Numbered from the whole stretch's first letter, positions 22,208-34,651 are shown. The stretch is 60,484 nt of DNA, filler included, from Circinaria calcarea (GCA_051942165.1; 7 parts of 7 records of this genome joined end to end with filler, not necessarily neighbours in it), one strand, 5' to 3'. Notes: generated by a model not told the origin, from the letters alone. Numbers and translations: made by a program.

Positions 22208-24671
22208 GCTAAATAGGGTTGAAATTAGAGTTAAGGCTAGAAGACTACTAGAGAAAAGGATTCTAGAAATTCGTCTTTCAAAGACGTCGGTTAGAATCGA
22301 GGTTGATATTGGAGGGATTGCTGGAGAATCGGTTTGTAGCTATGAAAAGGGAAAGGGTATGTATTTTATATACATCTTCCTTGGAATGAATCCTAACAGA
22401 ATTGATAACAACAGAGTACCAACTTGAACATTATTGTGATCATGTTTGAGCACCTGCGGTTGGAGGCTTCGAAACGAGGCAATGTAGGTCAAGCTTATGA
22501 GGAATATAGCGTCAAAATGGGCGACCTGAAAAGCTGAAGGAATAAATTATTCAAGGCTTGGCCCTAAATGTTTCACCATCATCTTTGTTATGGAGAGTCA
22601 GATAGCGCTTGCGTGTCAGACCAGCTGCAAATTCGTCTCGGGCTTGTACCCGGCAAAATACAAAAGTATAATATCATCCACAACTCTCCAACGCCACGTC
22701 GCAAGCTGAAGAATGCTTTTGTTAGGAAGATAAGCAGAAGACGGCTACTTGGGGGTTATTAAAAAAAAGAAGCTGCCTTGAGCGAGTGTTTTCGACGACC
22801 TCCCGTTCCGTATATATTCAATCACGAGTGCCAGGAGCAGCTTTACATAGACGGTAAGAGATGATAAGTCCAACCTACGGGTTTATGACGGCTACTTGAA
22901 TGCTGGAAACAGGTTACCCCTATAGAGGAAGGAGCCATTACGTAAAAGGAGAAGGTATCTTCTCCGTCTTCGTGCCAACTTTTGAGGTCTGGTTACCAGT
23001 AGCGGAGTTTTCGGTGGGCCCATTCCTCGAGTTATAATCGAAAACTCCGGTTGCGGGAAACTACTCTCAAATCTTTCAGTCTTTCCGCGGTTATGATCTC
23101 CCCTGAAGTTTGAATAAGATTCAAGTCTGTAGGGCCTTGAATGATTGCTGTGGAACTTTGTGGAGTATATTTTCGTCGCGTAAGCCATTTTTATGTCCTC
23201 ATCATCGTCTTGTAATTCATGGTCCGATAAACTGGCTTTCCCACTGTCTTCCAGAGACCACCTTACGGCTTGGCAAGATTGGCATAATAGAATCCAAATA
23301 CCAACCAACCACGCTCTGGCCGGGTACAGAAAAGTCAAGACTTATGGAAAAATGCCAGCTGCGGTTGATCACTAACACCCGTGGCTTTATGCGCCTAGAC
23401 GGCTCTAACGTTGGGAGGGGGCAGCACTAACTTAGGGCTGCATCACAGTCTTGACTTTTTTTTGGTTTCCCATCAGCCATGATTGCCAGAAGCTGATTCG
23501 CTCGGCTGGTAGGTACTCAGAAGCGGAAAAAGAAAACGACCAAGAGCTCCTGTAGAGAGAGAATTATTCACAGAGATGTATTCACAGGAATAAATTGCTA
23601 CATGGAAATATCGGCGAATTTACTCCCATACCCCTTTCACTCACCGCAATACCAACCGCCATAGCAGAGCCTCTTACTCCCATACCTCCGTGCCCCGCAC
23701 TTTATTTCAACCGGGCGTCCATTTCTAACAGCCGAGCTTCACAGCCCAACCAATAGGCCTCAACCACATAAACAGGCCACAGTAGTTGCCGCCCCCAGGT
23801 GTGGCGACGGAAAATGCACGAGCGATATTAAAAGCTGTTACACATCACCCACGAGCAGCACCTAGTGCACAGTTAGTCAAGTCACCAATTAAAAAAAAAG
23901 AAAGGAAAAAAACTTAGCTATAATAAATTAAGCTATTTGAATCGATATTCTTTACGCAATGCAACTCATTGATTCCGCTGATTGCGTTACGCGTGTCAAA
24001 CTGTCTCATATATATAATTAGCATCGCCATGTTAGCATAGGGGGTTGTGGTAATAATATGCAACACAGCGGGGGGGATGGAGGAGGGGATGTTATGCGGG
24101 TGAACGGGGAAGTACGGGAGTAAGGAATGGCATGTCAAGGGGGTATGGAGTAATTCGCCATATAAGCTGTAGCGAGACACAGCCACAAAAGTAGATTGAT
24201 TTGGAGGAGTGTACCGTAAGTCTAAGTCGTAATATAGTCAATAAGTAATTCTGAATATTTATTTCACGACCGGTTAAATTACTTTAGAAAAGTCGGACGA
24301 TTTCCCCTCAAACAGATTGGTACTTCTACTGCCAATAGAATGAAAGTCGCTGAAAGGTCAAAGGCTCTGTATCAGCTGAAGTCGCCCGCCCAGCCTGGCG
24401 GCCCAGAAGTTCAGCAGTGAGCGACCAACTTACTGGCGACACCTTTTCTCTAACCCGCGCCGCAAGCTGAAGAAACCCCAGCTGACGTTCCTACCAACAT
24501 CCGGGGATGTGGAGAGAAAGCGGGTTAGTCAATTCAAGCTTCATTAGTCTCTCGCCTTCCATGTTATATCTCACTTGTTGCACCAAGCGGGCATTTCATC
24601 ATAAAAAGGACGTAAACCCACCATTCAAAAAAGCCAACACGTCAATCCACAAAACCCTCCCTGGTCTCACC

Positions 24672-25337
24672 ATGTCCTCACCCACCAATCCACTGCCGTC
24701 TTCCAAGGACCTCACCATCCTCGCCTTGGGCGAAACAGCCGAGGACAAAGCGCTCGTCCTGGACGGCCTCAAACTCGCCGGCTCGGTTCACATGCAGGAT
24801 ACAGCCACCGACGACTACCGCGAACTCCGATACACCGACAAAGACGGGCCCGCGTGGCGTATCCTTGATCCGGGCGACAGGGACCTCGTCCCCTCCGATA
24901 TGTCCGGCGTGACGGCCATCATGTTCGTCGTCAATCTAGCTCACTACGACCAACCCAGTGAATCCGCTTCGCTGTCTTCTCCGCCTATCGCCCAGCTGCA
25001 GAGTAGCCTCGAACGCTTCGCTACAGTCACCAACGCCTCGCCGTACGCTCGCACACCCGTTCTTCTCTTCTTCCGCGGTGCCGATACTATGGCCGCCCGG
25101 CTTCCCTCCTCGCCGCTGGAGAGGTTGTTTCCGGATTACGAGGCGGCAACGGACCCGGCGACGGGGAACTCGGCTGCCACGATGGGCGTGAGCTTCTTGG
25201 CCTCCAGGTTTGCGCGGGAGAGTCCAAGGCCAAAGGACCAGGTTTACGCGCATCCTGTAGCCGGGCCAAAGGGGGGAACGAGGGACTTGGAGTTCGTGAT
25301 GAAGGCGCTGGAGGATATTGTGGAAAAAAGAGAGTAA
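24672..25337 (+). CDS. Divergent G-protein alpha-like protein, Ras-like domain only
   Basis: CACCATGTC start context, intronless, 221 aa. GVTAIMFVVNLAHYDQ, LQSSLERFATVTN, TPVLLFF, SPLERLFPDY, VYAH and LEFVMKALEDIV are colinear with G-alpha beta4 to alpha5. Confidence 0.8.
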   Translation: MSSPTNPLPSSKDLTILALGETAEDKALVLDGLKLAGSVHMQDTATDDYRELRYTDKDGPAWRILDPGDRDLVPSDMSGVTAIMFVVNLAHYDQPSESASLSSPPIAQLQSSLERFATVTNASPYARTPVLLFFRGADTMAARLPSSPLERLFPDYEAATDPATGNSAATMGVSFLASRFARESPRPKDQVYAHPVAGPKGGTRDLEFVMKALEDIVEKRE

Positions 25338-25605
25338 AGCTTTTGAGGCCGATGAATTCTTGCTTCCACGATAAGTCGAACAAATTTACTTAATCACCGC
25401 GTAGCAGGTTTGAGCCCGGAGTAAAAGTAAGAGAGCCGTTTATGGCATTTAGAATAGATTTGGCATGAAAATGAATCTCTAGACTAAATTTCAACTAAAC
25501 ACCATCACTGTATCAAGTCTCCTTGATACTCCACAATTGTGCGCCGACACTTAAAGATCACCGCATCTAGCCCCGGATTCTTTGGTCTATTCTTTCATTA
25601 CTCCC

Positions 25606-25891
25606 TTACTCATATTCGCTAACGACACTTTCCACATCCGTCCAGCTCCCCGGCGTACTTATGCCTTCGGAGATGTTGCTCACAATGTCCAAATCGCTCT
25701 CACTCACAGGTTCATCTCCGTTTCTTGAGGCTGAATAAGTACTATCACTGCTATTAACATTAGGAGTGGTAAGGGCAGGACCTCTTCCCTCCGATTGCGG
25801 GGGCGAGTAGAATGGAGAGCTAGTGTTGTCGGCCCATTCATTCACGGACCAGTAGCTTGGTGGCTGGGGTGCTTCGTCTGCTAGGTCGGAG
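25606..25891 (-). CDS. C-terminal fragment of a gene truncated by the gap (acidic, Ser-rich tail)
   Basis: Frame is open from the contig edge and ends SEGISTPGSWTDVESVVSEYE*, resembling a conserved fungal TPxSW(T/S)(D/E)V tail. Family not assigned. Confidence 0.6.
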
Positions 25892-25991
25892 NNNNNNNNN
25901 NNNNNNNNNNNNNNNNNNNNNNNNNNNNNNNNNNNTTAATTAATTAANNNNNNNNNNNNNNNNNNNNNNNNNNNNNNNNNNNNNNNNNNNN
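25892..25991. other. Artificial contig spacer
   Basis: N44-TTAATTAATTAA-N44. Confidence 0.98.
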
Positions 25992-28900
25992 AGACAGCCT
26001 TCCCCCCTGTAACCTCCGCCTCCCACCACCCGTCGTCCTGCAGCCTCAGCACGGCCAGCACGTCCCCCTTGGCGAAACTCAGTTCTTGCGGGATGATGGC
26101 CTGGTACATGTACATTGCGCGTGCTGCAAGCCAAACACCGTCAGTCAGTAAGTCTCCCGGTCTAAAGAGCTTTCTGGTAAAAAAGGGGAGGAAAGGATGA
26201 GAGGGGGAAGGTTAGAAAGAAAAAGCCAAGACTTACCAAACTGCAGAATCGGCCGTCCGTCCCTGGTGTACTGCTGTCGCGCGTCCACGACGCTCTTGCT
26301 CCTCACCCGGTCTCCACCAGCACCCCCACCGCCGTTTCGCCCCTGTCCCTGATCGCCAGAGTAGTAACTCACCGGTCTACCCACACTCCCAGCTGCTGCG
26401 TTTCTACCACTATACATAGCTGCTTGTGCACCAGGGTCACCGTTGGAAAGTTGCAATGCCATGCCAGTTGCACCAGTACCGGCACTACTACCGGGTCTCT
26501 CTCTCCCTGGGCGTGCATACTGAGGTTGGGGTTGTGGTGAGGCGGCACGACGGATATCGTTTGGTGAGGTGTGGCGAGAGTACTGATTGACATTCCCGCT
26601 TGCAGAGCCATATCCTTGTTTCACAGGACTGTTGCCTACACTCTGACTCTGTCCTTGACCCGGGCCTTGGCGGATGGGTCGTCCTGCGTACGGGTTCGGA
26701 CTAGTTCCCCTCTGAACATGGCTATTCGGACGGCCAGCGTATGGGTTTGGACTGACACTCCTCTGAGCTTGAGAAGCCGGGCGTCCAGCATACGGGTTGG
26801 GACTAACGCTCCTCTGAGCTTGCGAAGCCGGCCGTACAGCATACGGATTGGGACTGACACTCCTTTGAGCTTGAGCAGTGGGGTGCCCAGTGTAAGGATT
26901 TGGGCTCGCACTTCTGTTATATCCATTTGGCGCTTGATTCCCGTTTGCCATACCAGGCCTTGGACTCGCACTCCTGTTGTAATTGTTCGATCCCTGGTTA
27001 GTGTTTCCTAATCCAGGTCTCGGACTTGTACTTCGCATTGGTAGAGGCGATGTAGCACGCGGTGGCACGTCTCCACCAGTACCACCACCCCTCGTGCCAG
27101 GTCTTGACGCTGAGCCATACATATCATTGTTTTGGCTGGTGTATTTCCTCGTTGTCTGTTGCATTTGCTTAGATGTGAACGCAGGCTGTGGTAGATCCAA
27201 TCTCTTGATTGGTTGCTGGTCATGATACGAGGGTGGAGGAGTACCACGCTGTGCGGCTATTGCATTACTATTGTTTTGTAGTGCCGCCGGGGTCCCTGGG
27301 GTTCCAGGGGGCGCAGGAGTGGCAATACCATGGTATCGATCTGCTGACATACGGACAGAAGACTGCTTACTGACGCCCTTTAGCTCTTCTAAAGCTTGAG
27401 CTATCGGGTCCAATTCGTAAGGGTGAGACTGGGTTGTAGAGGGTTGGGGTTTGCGATGAGAGTCTGGAGATGCTACATCAAACACGTTAGGACCGACATT
27501 GAGCTGGAAGTTTGCACGTGGGTCCACAGGTTCCGGGCTGTGGGAACCAGCACCCGCAAAATCTCCAGCCTGTATACCAGGGCGAGTGGGACTAGGATTG
27601 GTACTCGCAAAACCACGGCCACTAGACGGACCCCATGTATTCCGGGATGCAGGTGGTGCCATCGACAATGGTCTTTGTTCCTCGCGGCCATCCTTCTCAT
27701 GCTTACTTTTGCGGCGGAACGGACTATTGCTGAAGAAACCACTTCGCTTCTTTTGGACTTGCTTGTTTGGACTAATGGGAGGTGGCATGGATATCTGATC
27801 CTGTTTGGTTGGTGAGGCCTTTCCACTAGTAGGCTCTATGCTGGAAAACGAAGTGGGATTTGAGTAATCGCTTTGCGAGTCTCGGCTTGATGGCCTCACT
27901 GGACTATTGACAGAGCTTCGCTCCGACGGCGCGTCAGTACGACAAAACATGGTCATCCCATCAGCAGGATACTCATTGTGAGGGACTGGTGCAAAGTCAG
28001 GTTGGTTTTGCTGGAATTGCGCATGGGCTTGAGCTTGGGCTTGGGCTTGAGCTTGCCGCCGGTAGTCTAGCGGTGGAGGAGCCTGCTGTGGAGCTTTCTG
28101 AGGGACTATCGTTGGCTCGTCATCTGGAGATGCATTTAGATTTGCGTGTCCCATACGTGCTGCTAATTCCGATTGGGGATCATGGTGAGATTCATAGGTT
28201 GAAGGCTGAGGAGATGAGCTTCGGAACGCTGGATTAATGGTTCGTTGGAACTGAGCAACAGAGTAGTTGTCGTCCTCTGATGTCTCCGATGCTGTGTCAT
28301 TGACATCTCCGCGACAGAAATTGATATATTTTGGCGGATCTGGAATCTCTTGACCAGTGCCTCTCTCTTGGATGAACAGAGTGATGTCCTTTTCGACTTC
28401 ACAACTCTCCAAAGATAGTCGAATCTTTTCGCAGGACTGGAAAATATTAGCCAGATACCTTTCACATCTTCAAGGAACCTTACAGCATCATCACTAACAC
28501 AAACGGTTGATGCGATGTTTGCAAACGTCCATAAGCTGCTTTTCGTAAAGTCGAGTCTCTCTTCCTCCAGATCTTGAAATTTCTACCCGGATATTAGTCA
28601 ACATTTTCTTTTAGTAATCGTCCTTGGGAAATATACGTCGCAAGCCGCCTTCCAATCCCTATTCCACCGTCCTGTTGTCTCCTCCAACAGTTTCACTGCA
28701 GCCTCATACTCATTACTCGTCTGAGCCAATTGGACTTGCGTCTTCTCCAATTTAGCCTTGTTCTTCCGTTCTTCTTGGCCCATGACCATATGACCCTGCG
28801 CCAGGTAACCCTTTATCCGCAGACAATCCTGCTCGTATCGGTCTCGGGACTGATGTTTCCTTAGCCACCATTGCATATTCGCGTGTCCTTACTAGCCACC

Positions 28901-29442
28901 ATACCTTGTTCACTACTTGTGTCTGCTGCACCTTAACCTTCAGCAGCTTCTCAATCCCCGTCTGCACAATCTTCCTCCTTTCCTTCATCCCACCTGCAAA
29001 AGCCACCAGCGGCTCTTCTAGTTCGCTCTTCATCTGCGCCGCAATCCCTTGATGTGCCTTTCCCATTGATTCGACCTCTCCGCGCATGACATCTAACGAT
29101 GCCCGGAGAGAGCCAGCTTCGGAGGAGCCTAGGGGTTTGCGACATAGTGTAAGGAGTTTTCGAGAATACTCGTCTTCGATTGCAGATCGAGCTACAACCA
29201 ATCTTGTCAGTCATGAACCACCAAGTCCGACCTCATAACCAACCGTTGTAGAATGCCTTCAACTCATCCGATGTGACTTTTGCACTGTGCATGCGCTCTA
29301 GCAACGGTTGCACCCCAGCATCTTCCTTGCCCCAGAAGTTATTCGCAACTACCTTGATTAGCATACTCTCCTTGTAGCATGGTGTTGCGGAAGTCGTACA
29401 GGAAAGCGATACCGAAGGAGCATCCGAGACGGTGCCAGGCAT
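25992..29442 (-). CDS. F-BAR/SH3 cytokinesis protein, S. pombe Cdc15/Imp2 and S. cerevisiae Hof1 family (3' truncated)
   Basis: SFANNFWGKEDAG..LLERM, ARSAIEDEYSRKL, KFQDLEEERLDFTKSSLW (F-BAR); long Ser/Pro-rich linker; SH3 ARAMYMYQAIIPQELSFAKGDVLAVLRLQDDGWWEA; six GT-AG introns. Confidence 0.93.
26680..26915 (-). repeat. Coding tandem repeat, 51-nt unit (RSVSPNPYAGRPASQAQ) x~4.5
   Basis: Repeat is visible in both the DNA and the translation of the F-BAR protein linker. Confidence 0.9.
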
Positions 29443-30806
29443 ATTGCCTGATTCGATTGGAAAGCGCGTTCAGTTGTGACAATATGTTTGTATTCCAAGG
29501 ATATGAGATCTATTCGTAACACAACGCAAAATGGTATTGTGAGATTGTTGCAGTCGAAAGGTGTCACGCACTTCGGGAAATAGACATGATTTCGGTGTTT
29601 GCCAAAAATGGCGCTTGTTGTCATGACAACCGTTGATCGAAGGCCATAACGCCCTACAGGGCTGGTAGCTGAGAAGCTGACCACCCTACTCCTTTCACGC
29701 CCTTTTCTAAAGATCCGCAACTCACTAAATATGTATATAAAATAATGTTCCTAAGCTAGCACCCACACCCACCGATGAAAAGAATAAAAACCTCAACCTA
29801 GACCGTATATTTCCATTACGGAGCACCTCCAAAGAGAACCATCAAAAAGCCTTCCCATCCTAATGGCCCATTTCTACCTCCTACCAGACTCCCCGCCGTA
29901 TTCAAAAAATCTCCTACTCCAAAATCCCCAGTATCATCCTCGACTCTCTTTCCCACTCTCCCTTCGCTAACCTCTGTAAACCTGCTGCACCCCCAATCCA
30001 CCGCTGGCCATTTCGCCTTCCGGACTTCTTTCTGTACAAGTTGTGTTCGAGGCCCAGTCGCCTGGTTTTTCCAACTCAAGTAATCTGAAGCGAAAACGAA
30101 GCTTCAAAATGGCGAATATACGGAGTTACTACCAGCGCCCCTCCCTCCCCTTTTTACCTCTAATTTCTATCTAACATCTATATGTATTTTTCGTCTCGAC
30201 TGTCAAATGGCGCGAAATCAAAAACCTCCGGTTGAATTTGGAGTGGATCCTAAGGCTAAGCCCCTGCCCACGAAATACCCATGGTACGTAGACGGTTGTA
30301 TTATTACATGTTTTGGCCATGCGGAGGTCCCAATCACAGGATTCTAAAAACACGTTTCGTCTCACTCACTTATGCAACACACTGTGCTCGTCTCAATTTA
30401 CAGTCATTGTGGTTCATCTATCCCGTGCAATCATGTCTGATCGTGCCAAGTCTATCTCTAAAGCTCCTGTTTAAGCCATACGAGCAAATGTTATCGAAGC
30501 AATTAGCAAAGAGGCGAGCCGGCAAGGCCGCAAGGTCGAGTAAGCTAGTGTTTAAGAGTGCTCCTAAGTAATAGATGCTTCTCCTAGACTTCTCACCCCA
30601 TGTGCCCTCCCTGACGTCTCCACTCAAAACACCGATTCAAGACGAGCCGTGAGCGTCGACTCTGAGATGGCTCAGACGAGTACTGGTGTTCAATGATGCT
30701 AGCGGGAAAAATTACCTTATATGCAATGTCTTCTAATGCAAAATGTACCCAATAGTGGATGCCAATTAGAAAATGCTGAATAGGATTCATTTACAAGGTC
30801 TCGCCA

Positions 30807-33800
30807 CTAGGATTCGGGGGCGAAGCGGACTCCTCTGGTTGACACCGAGCCAGCCATCTCATTAGATGAAGTCATTTCCGTAACTGGGCTGGTGAAGGGA
30901 CCTGTGGCATAAGTGGCGTTGTGAGAATCCGTAGACCAATCTGTCGAAGTTGCTCTCGAGGGGTTCCCAGAGCCAGAGGACGCATCCCTGTTTTTCTGCT
31001 TCCAGTGACGACTACGACGGCGACGTTGGCTGTGGTTCATAAGTCTTGCGGTTGTGGGGCCCAATGGTGGATCACTTGGAGCGAATACACGTCGAGAAAC
31101 GAACGCCATTGGCTTTCCTTTCCCTGATTCTACTGGAGAGGCGTCAAATTCACTCGTCCCGTCGCCCTGGCTCAAGACAAGAGGTTGACTGAACGGCTCG
31201 CTCTTTGACTGGTTACGCCAATTGAATCTAGTCTTTTTGACCTTTGGCTCAGATTCCTTACCGGTTGTGGCATCGAGAGATTGCGCTGTGTCAGGTACCT
31301 GTTGGAGGTTTCTAGGATCTGCATTGCCACCGTCCTGCTCGCTTGAACCGGTCCTCAGAGTATCCTGCTTAGATTTTCTTTTGCGAGATCCGAATTTATT
31401 TTCCTTCTCAGGCCCTTTCGATGTGATGTTACTATACTCGTGCCTGTGAGTTGAATGGTCTTGTTGCTTGCCCGTATGACAACCCTTGGCAGCTGTGCCG
31501 CTCTGGTAATTAGGTACAAATTCAGGAGCATCAGGTCTGAATATTTTCGTGCCAACAGAACCGACAAGTGATGAGCTCTTCTTTGAACCTTTAGATGGTA
31601 GACTGGGTCGTATCTTGTCCGAGTTATTCTTTTTCGATTCATCAGGTTGACCTTCGCGTCCGCTTCTAGTTTCGTCACCAATTTCAGGATCAGATTGCTG
31701 ATCATCATCTTTATCGGACTTATTTGGTGTTTCCACCTCCTCCTCAATCGACACTCTGTTGCTAATTCCCATTTGCGTTGACCACAGATCATAGTACTTG
31801 CCTTTGGCCTTTAGTAGTTCAGCAGGCGGCCCTTTCTCTATAATCGTACCATCCTTGATGACCAGTATCAGATCGGCGTCCATGATGGTTGAGAGTCGAT
31901 GAGCGACAACGAATGTAGTTCGACCGTTCGCCAGCTTCTTCAGAGCCTCTTGTATTTTACCTTCCGTCTCACTATCAACAGCACTCGTGGCCTCATCGAG
32001 GAGTATGATTTTTGGATCCTTGAGGATCGCTCGGGCAATTGCGATTCTCTGTAACTCACCACCCGAAAGTTTTACGCCATGCTCACCGACTTTTGAGTGA
32101 TAGCCGTCGGTAAATGTAAGGATCTTGTCATGAACGGCAGCTGCTTTACACGCATCCGTTACCTCCTCATCTGAGGCATCGAGTTTCGCGTACCGGACGT
32201 TCTCCATGATCGTTTCGTTGAACAGAGACGGATCCTGAGGCACTACCCCTATCAACTCTCGCAAGCTTTCTACAGTCACATCTCGAATGTCTTGACCATC
32301 GATGCGAATGGAGCCTCCTGTAACGTCGTAGAAGCGGAAGACGAGCTTAAGAATAGTTGACTTCCCACCACCAGTTTCACCAATGAGCGCGATGGTCTGT
32401 CCAGGTGCAACATGAAAGCCCAAGTCATTGATGGTCTGCTTCTTGCCGTCATATCCAAATTTAACATGTTCGAAGTCGACTTGGCCTCCGTGACTAAGCT
32501 GTAGAGTTTTCGGCCCGTCTTTAATAGAAGACTTTGTTTGGAATAGCACGAGGAGCTGTTCCGCATCGATGAGATTACTCAACATTTCACGATGGGCGGT
32601 GCTTAGGAAGTCAAGAGGGCCTTCGCATCATAGTTAGCAAGGATCTCTTCAGGGCGAGGGAGCAAGATTACGAACCAGCCAAACCACTCCAGTAGGTCAG
32701 GAGTGTCACAAAGTTCCCAACAGTCTGGCCACCATAGAGCATTTGGTACACTGCATAGAAGCATGCTCCAAATAAACCGATATCGAGCACAAGTCCCTGA
32801 ATGCTTGCAGAAAAGTAATACAGAAGCCAGACAGTTTTCCGTGATTCAGTATACTTAGTGACAGCCGTACCATAACGTGTGGAAGCATGCTTTCTGCGAT
32901 TGAAGTACGATACTGTCTTCCAGCCACCCATGGTATCGTACAGGGTCTGATATTCTGCACGGGCGAGAGCAGTATTTTGTCGCCTAACTGAAGCTTGCTT
33001 GGTGGTGAAATATGTAGATGTCCAGAGATATGCAATCATCGTGGCTACAACAATGAGAAACATGTACGCGTCGAAAATGGAGTAGAGGAAGGCGCAGGCG
33101 ACTAGTAGATCGACCATCATTGGTACCAGGTTGAACAGGAGCATCTCAAGAAGATCCACGACAGAAGATCCTTGGTGCATTGCCGTATAGAGCTCACCAG
33201 ATTGCTTACTGTCGTGAAAGTCGCATGACAGCCCCATAATGTGATTGTAAGACGCCATTTTGATCGATTTGACAGCATTAAGCTCAATTGGAATATAAAG
33301 CCAGTTTTTCAGAGCCATAATACCGGCACCTGAACTTGCCCAGTATAGCCCAATGTAGAAACAAAGCTGGAGGAAAGCACTATTCCCATTGTCGTGGCCA
33401 AGAGAGTTGATCACAATACCGAGTTGACGCGGCACAAGCACATTGAGTGCACGAACGCATAGCAAACAGAATCCGATACCGACCATATTCAGATGGAGGT
33501 CCCATCTTTTCGAAGGCCAGATGTATGGAACAAAGATCTAAAGTTTCTATCAGTATAAGCATCGAATATTGAGCCACGAGGTTTATTCAGAGTTTTCCCC
33601 TTTGCCCACTTGGATAAAAAGGGGCACGTGTTGAAGAACCCACCAGGAATTCACGAGCATATGTTAACCAGTTGCCTTTCTCCCTCATTCGATCATGCAT
33701 GCGTCTAATCTTTTCCCTTTCCTTCTTGGTCTCTTTCGTTTCGTCATCATCATCATCATCATCGTCTCGAATGGTTCCGGATACGCTCTTGCTGGCGTTG

Positions 33801-34486
33801 TCGGCTGAGGCGGAGCCGTAGCCAGAGCTGCTCCCAGACTTTTGGGTATCCCCGGAATTTTCCTGAGCATGTCCCAGAAGCGGCGCCGCTTCTTCATCCT
33901 CCCTGCTGCTCCGGCTCTCGTTCCTACCTACAGCGATGTAGAGGATAAAATGGGCAAACAGCAAACAGAGGCGCAAGATTTGGAAACCAATCTGCGCATA
34001 TTCCAATTGGTTCGAGGGCCAGAAATTGCACATCGACAAGCCCAGTAGTATCAAATCCGTAGCCAGAGCAAAGAACCAGAAGCCACAAAAGGGCCACCAC
34101 TTAGGATGCTCCGAGCTCAGAAGGACTGCCAGGACCGCAAACCAAACGATGATCGAGGATAAAGCGTATATATTATGATCTTTGGTTGCCATCGGTCCAT
34201 CTCCGGTGAAGATCTGAGCTATGACGAGAACAGCTTCGCCGACCTGATGAACATTAGCGGCCGACCATAACGAGGAGTGCTTGAAGCTACTGACATATGT
34301 CAAGATCACCAACGCAGTCGTCAACAGTAGGGCATTGCGTGGAGCCACTTTCCTTTGTTTGACCTCCACCTTTGGTATAGCGGATAGGCTGACCGCAATT
34401 GCCAGGTAGAAGTAGACAAACTGGACACATGGTGCAAGGTAGTGTATTGCTTCCACAGCATGTTGAAGCTGTTCGGGCGAATACAT
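30807..34486 (-). CDS. ABCB6/HMT1-type ABC half-transporter (heavy-metal-tolerance family) with long C-terminal tail
   Basis: N-terminal TM extension, TMD (YNHIMGLSCDFHDSKQSGE), Walker A GETGGGKST, signature LSGGELQR, Walker B IILLDEATS, H-loop VAHRLST. Introns at 34294-34244, ~33643-33539 and 32675-32621. Confidence 0.92.
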
Positions 34487-34548
34487 GGTGACTGCAGCAA
34501 CTGTATCAACCAGCGGAGTTGCGACTTACATACGGGATGTGCTTTGTT

Positions 34549-34648
34549 NNNNNNNNNNNNNNNNNNNNNNNNNNNNNNNNNNNNNNNNNNNNTTAATTAA
34601 TTAANNNNNNNNNNNNNNNNNNNNNNNNNNNNNNNNNNNNNNNNNNNN
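34549..34648. other. Artificial contig spacer
   Basis: N44-TTAATTAATTAA-N44. Confidence 0.98.
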
Positions 34649-34651
34649 AAA

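Noticed and set aside
24507..24671. 55-aa N-terminal extension of the G-alpha-like ORF
   Set aside because: AT-richer, includes the TATA-like element and lacks the codon bias; ATG 24672 has the better context.
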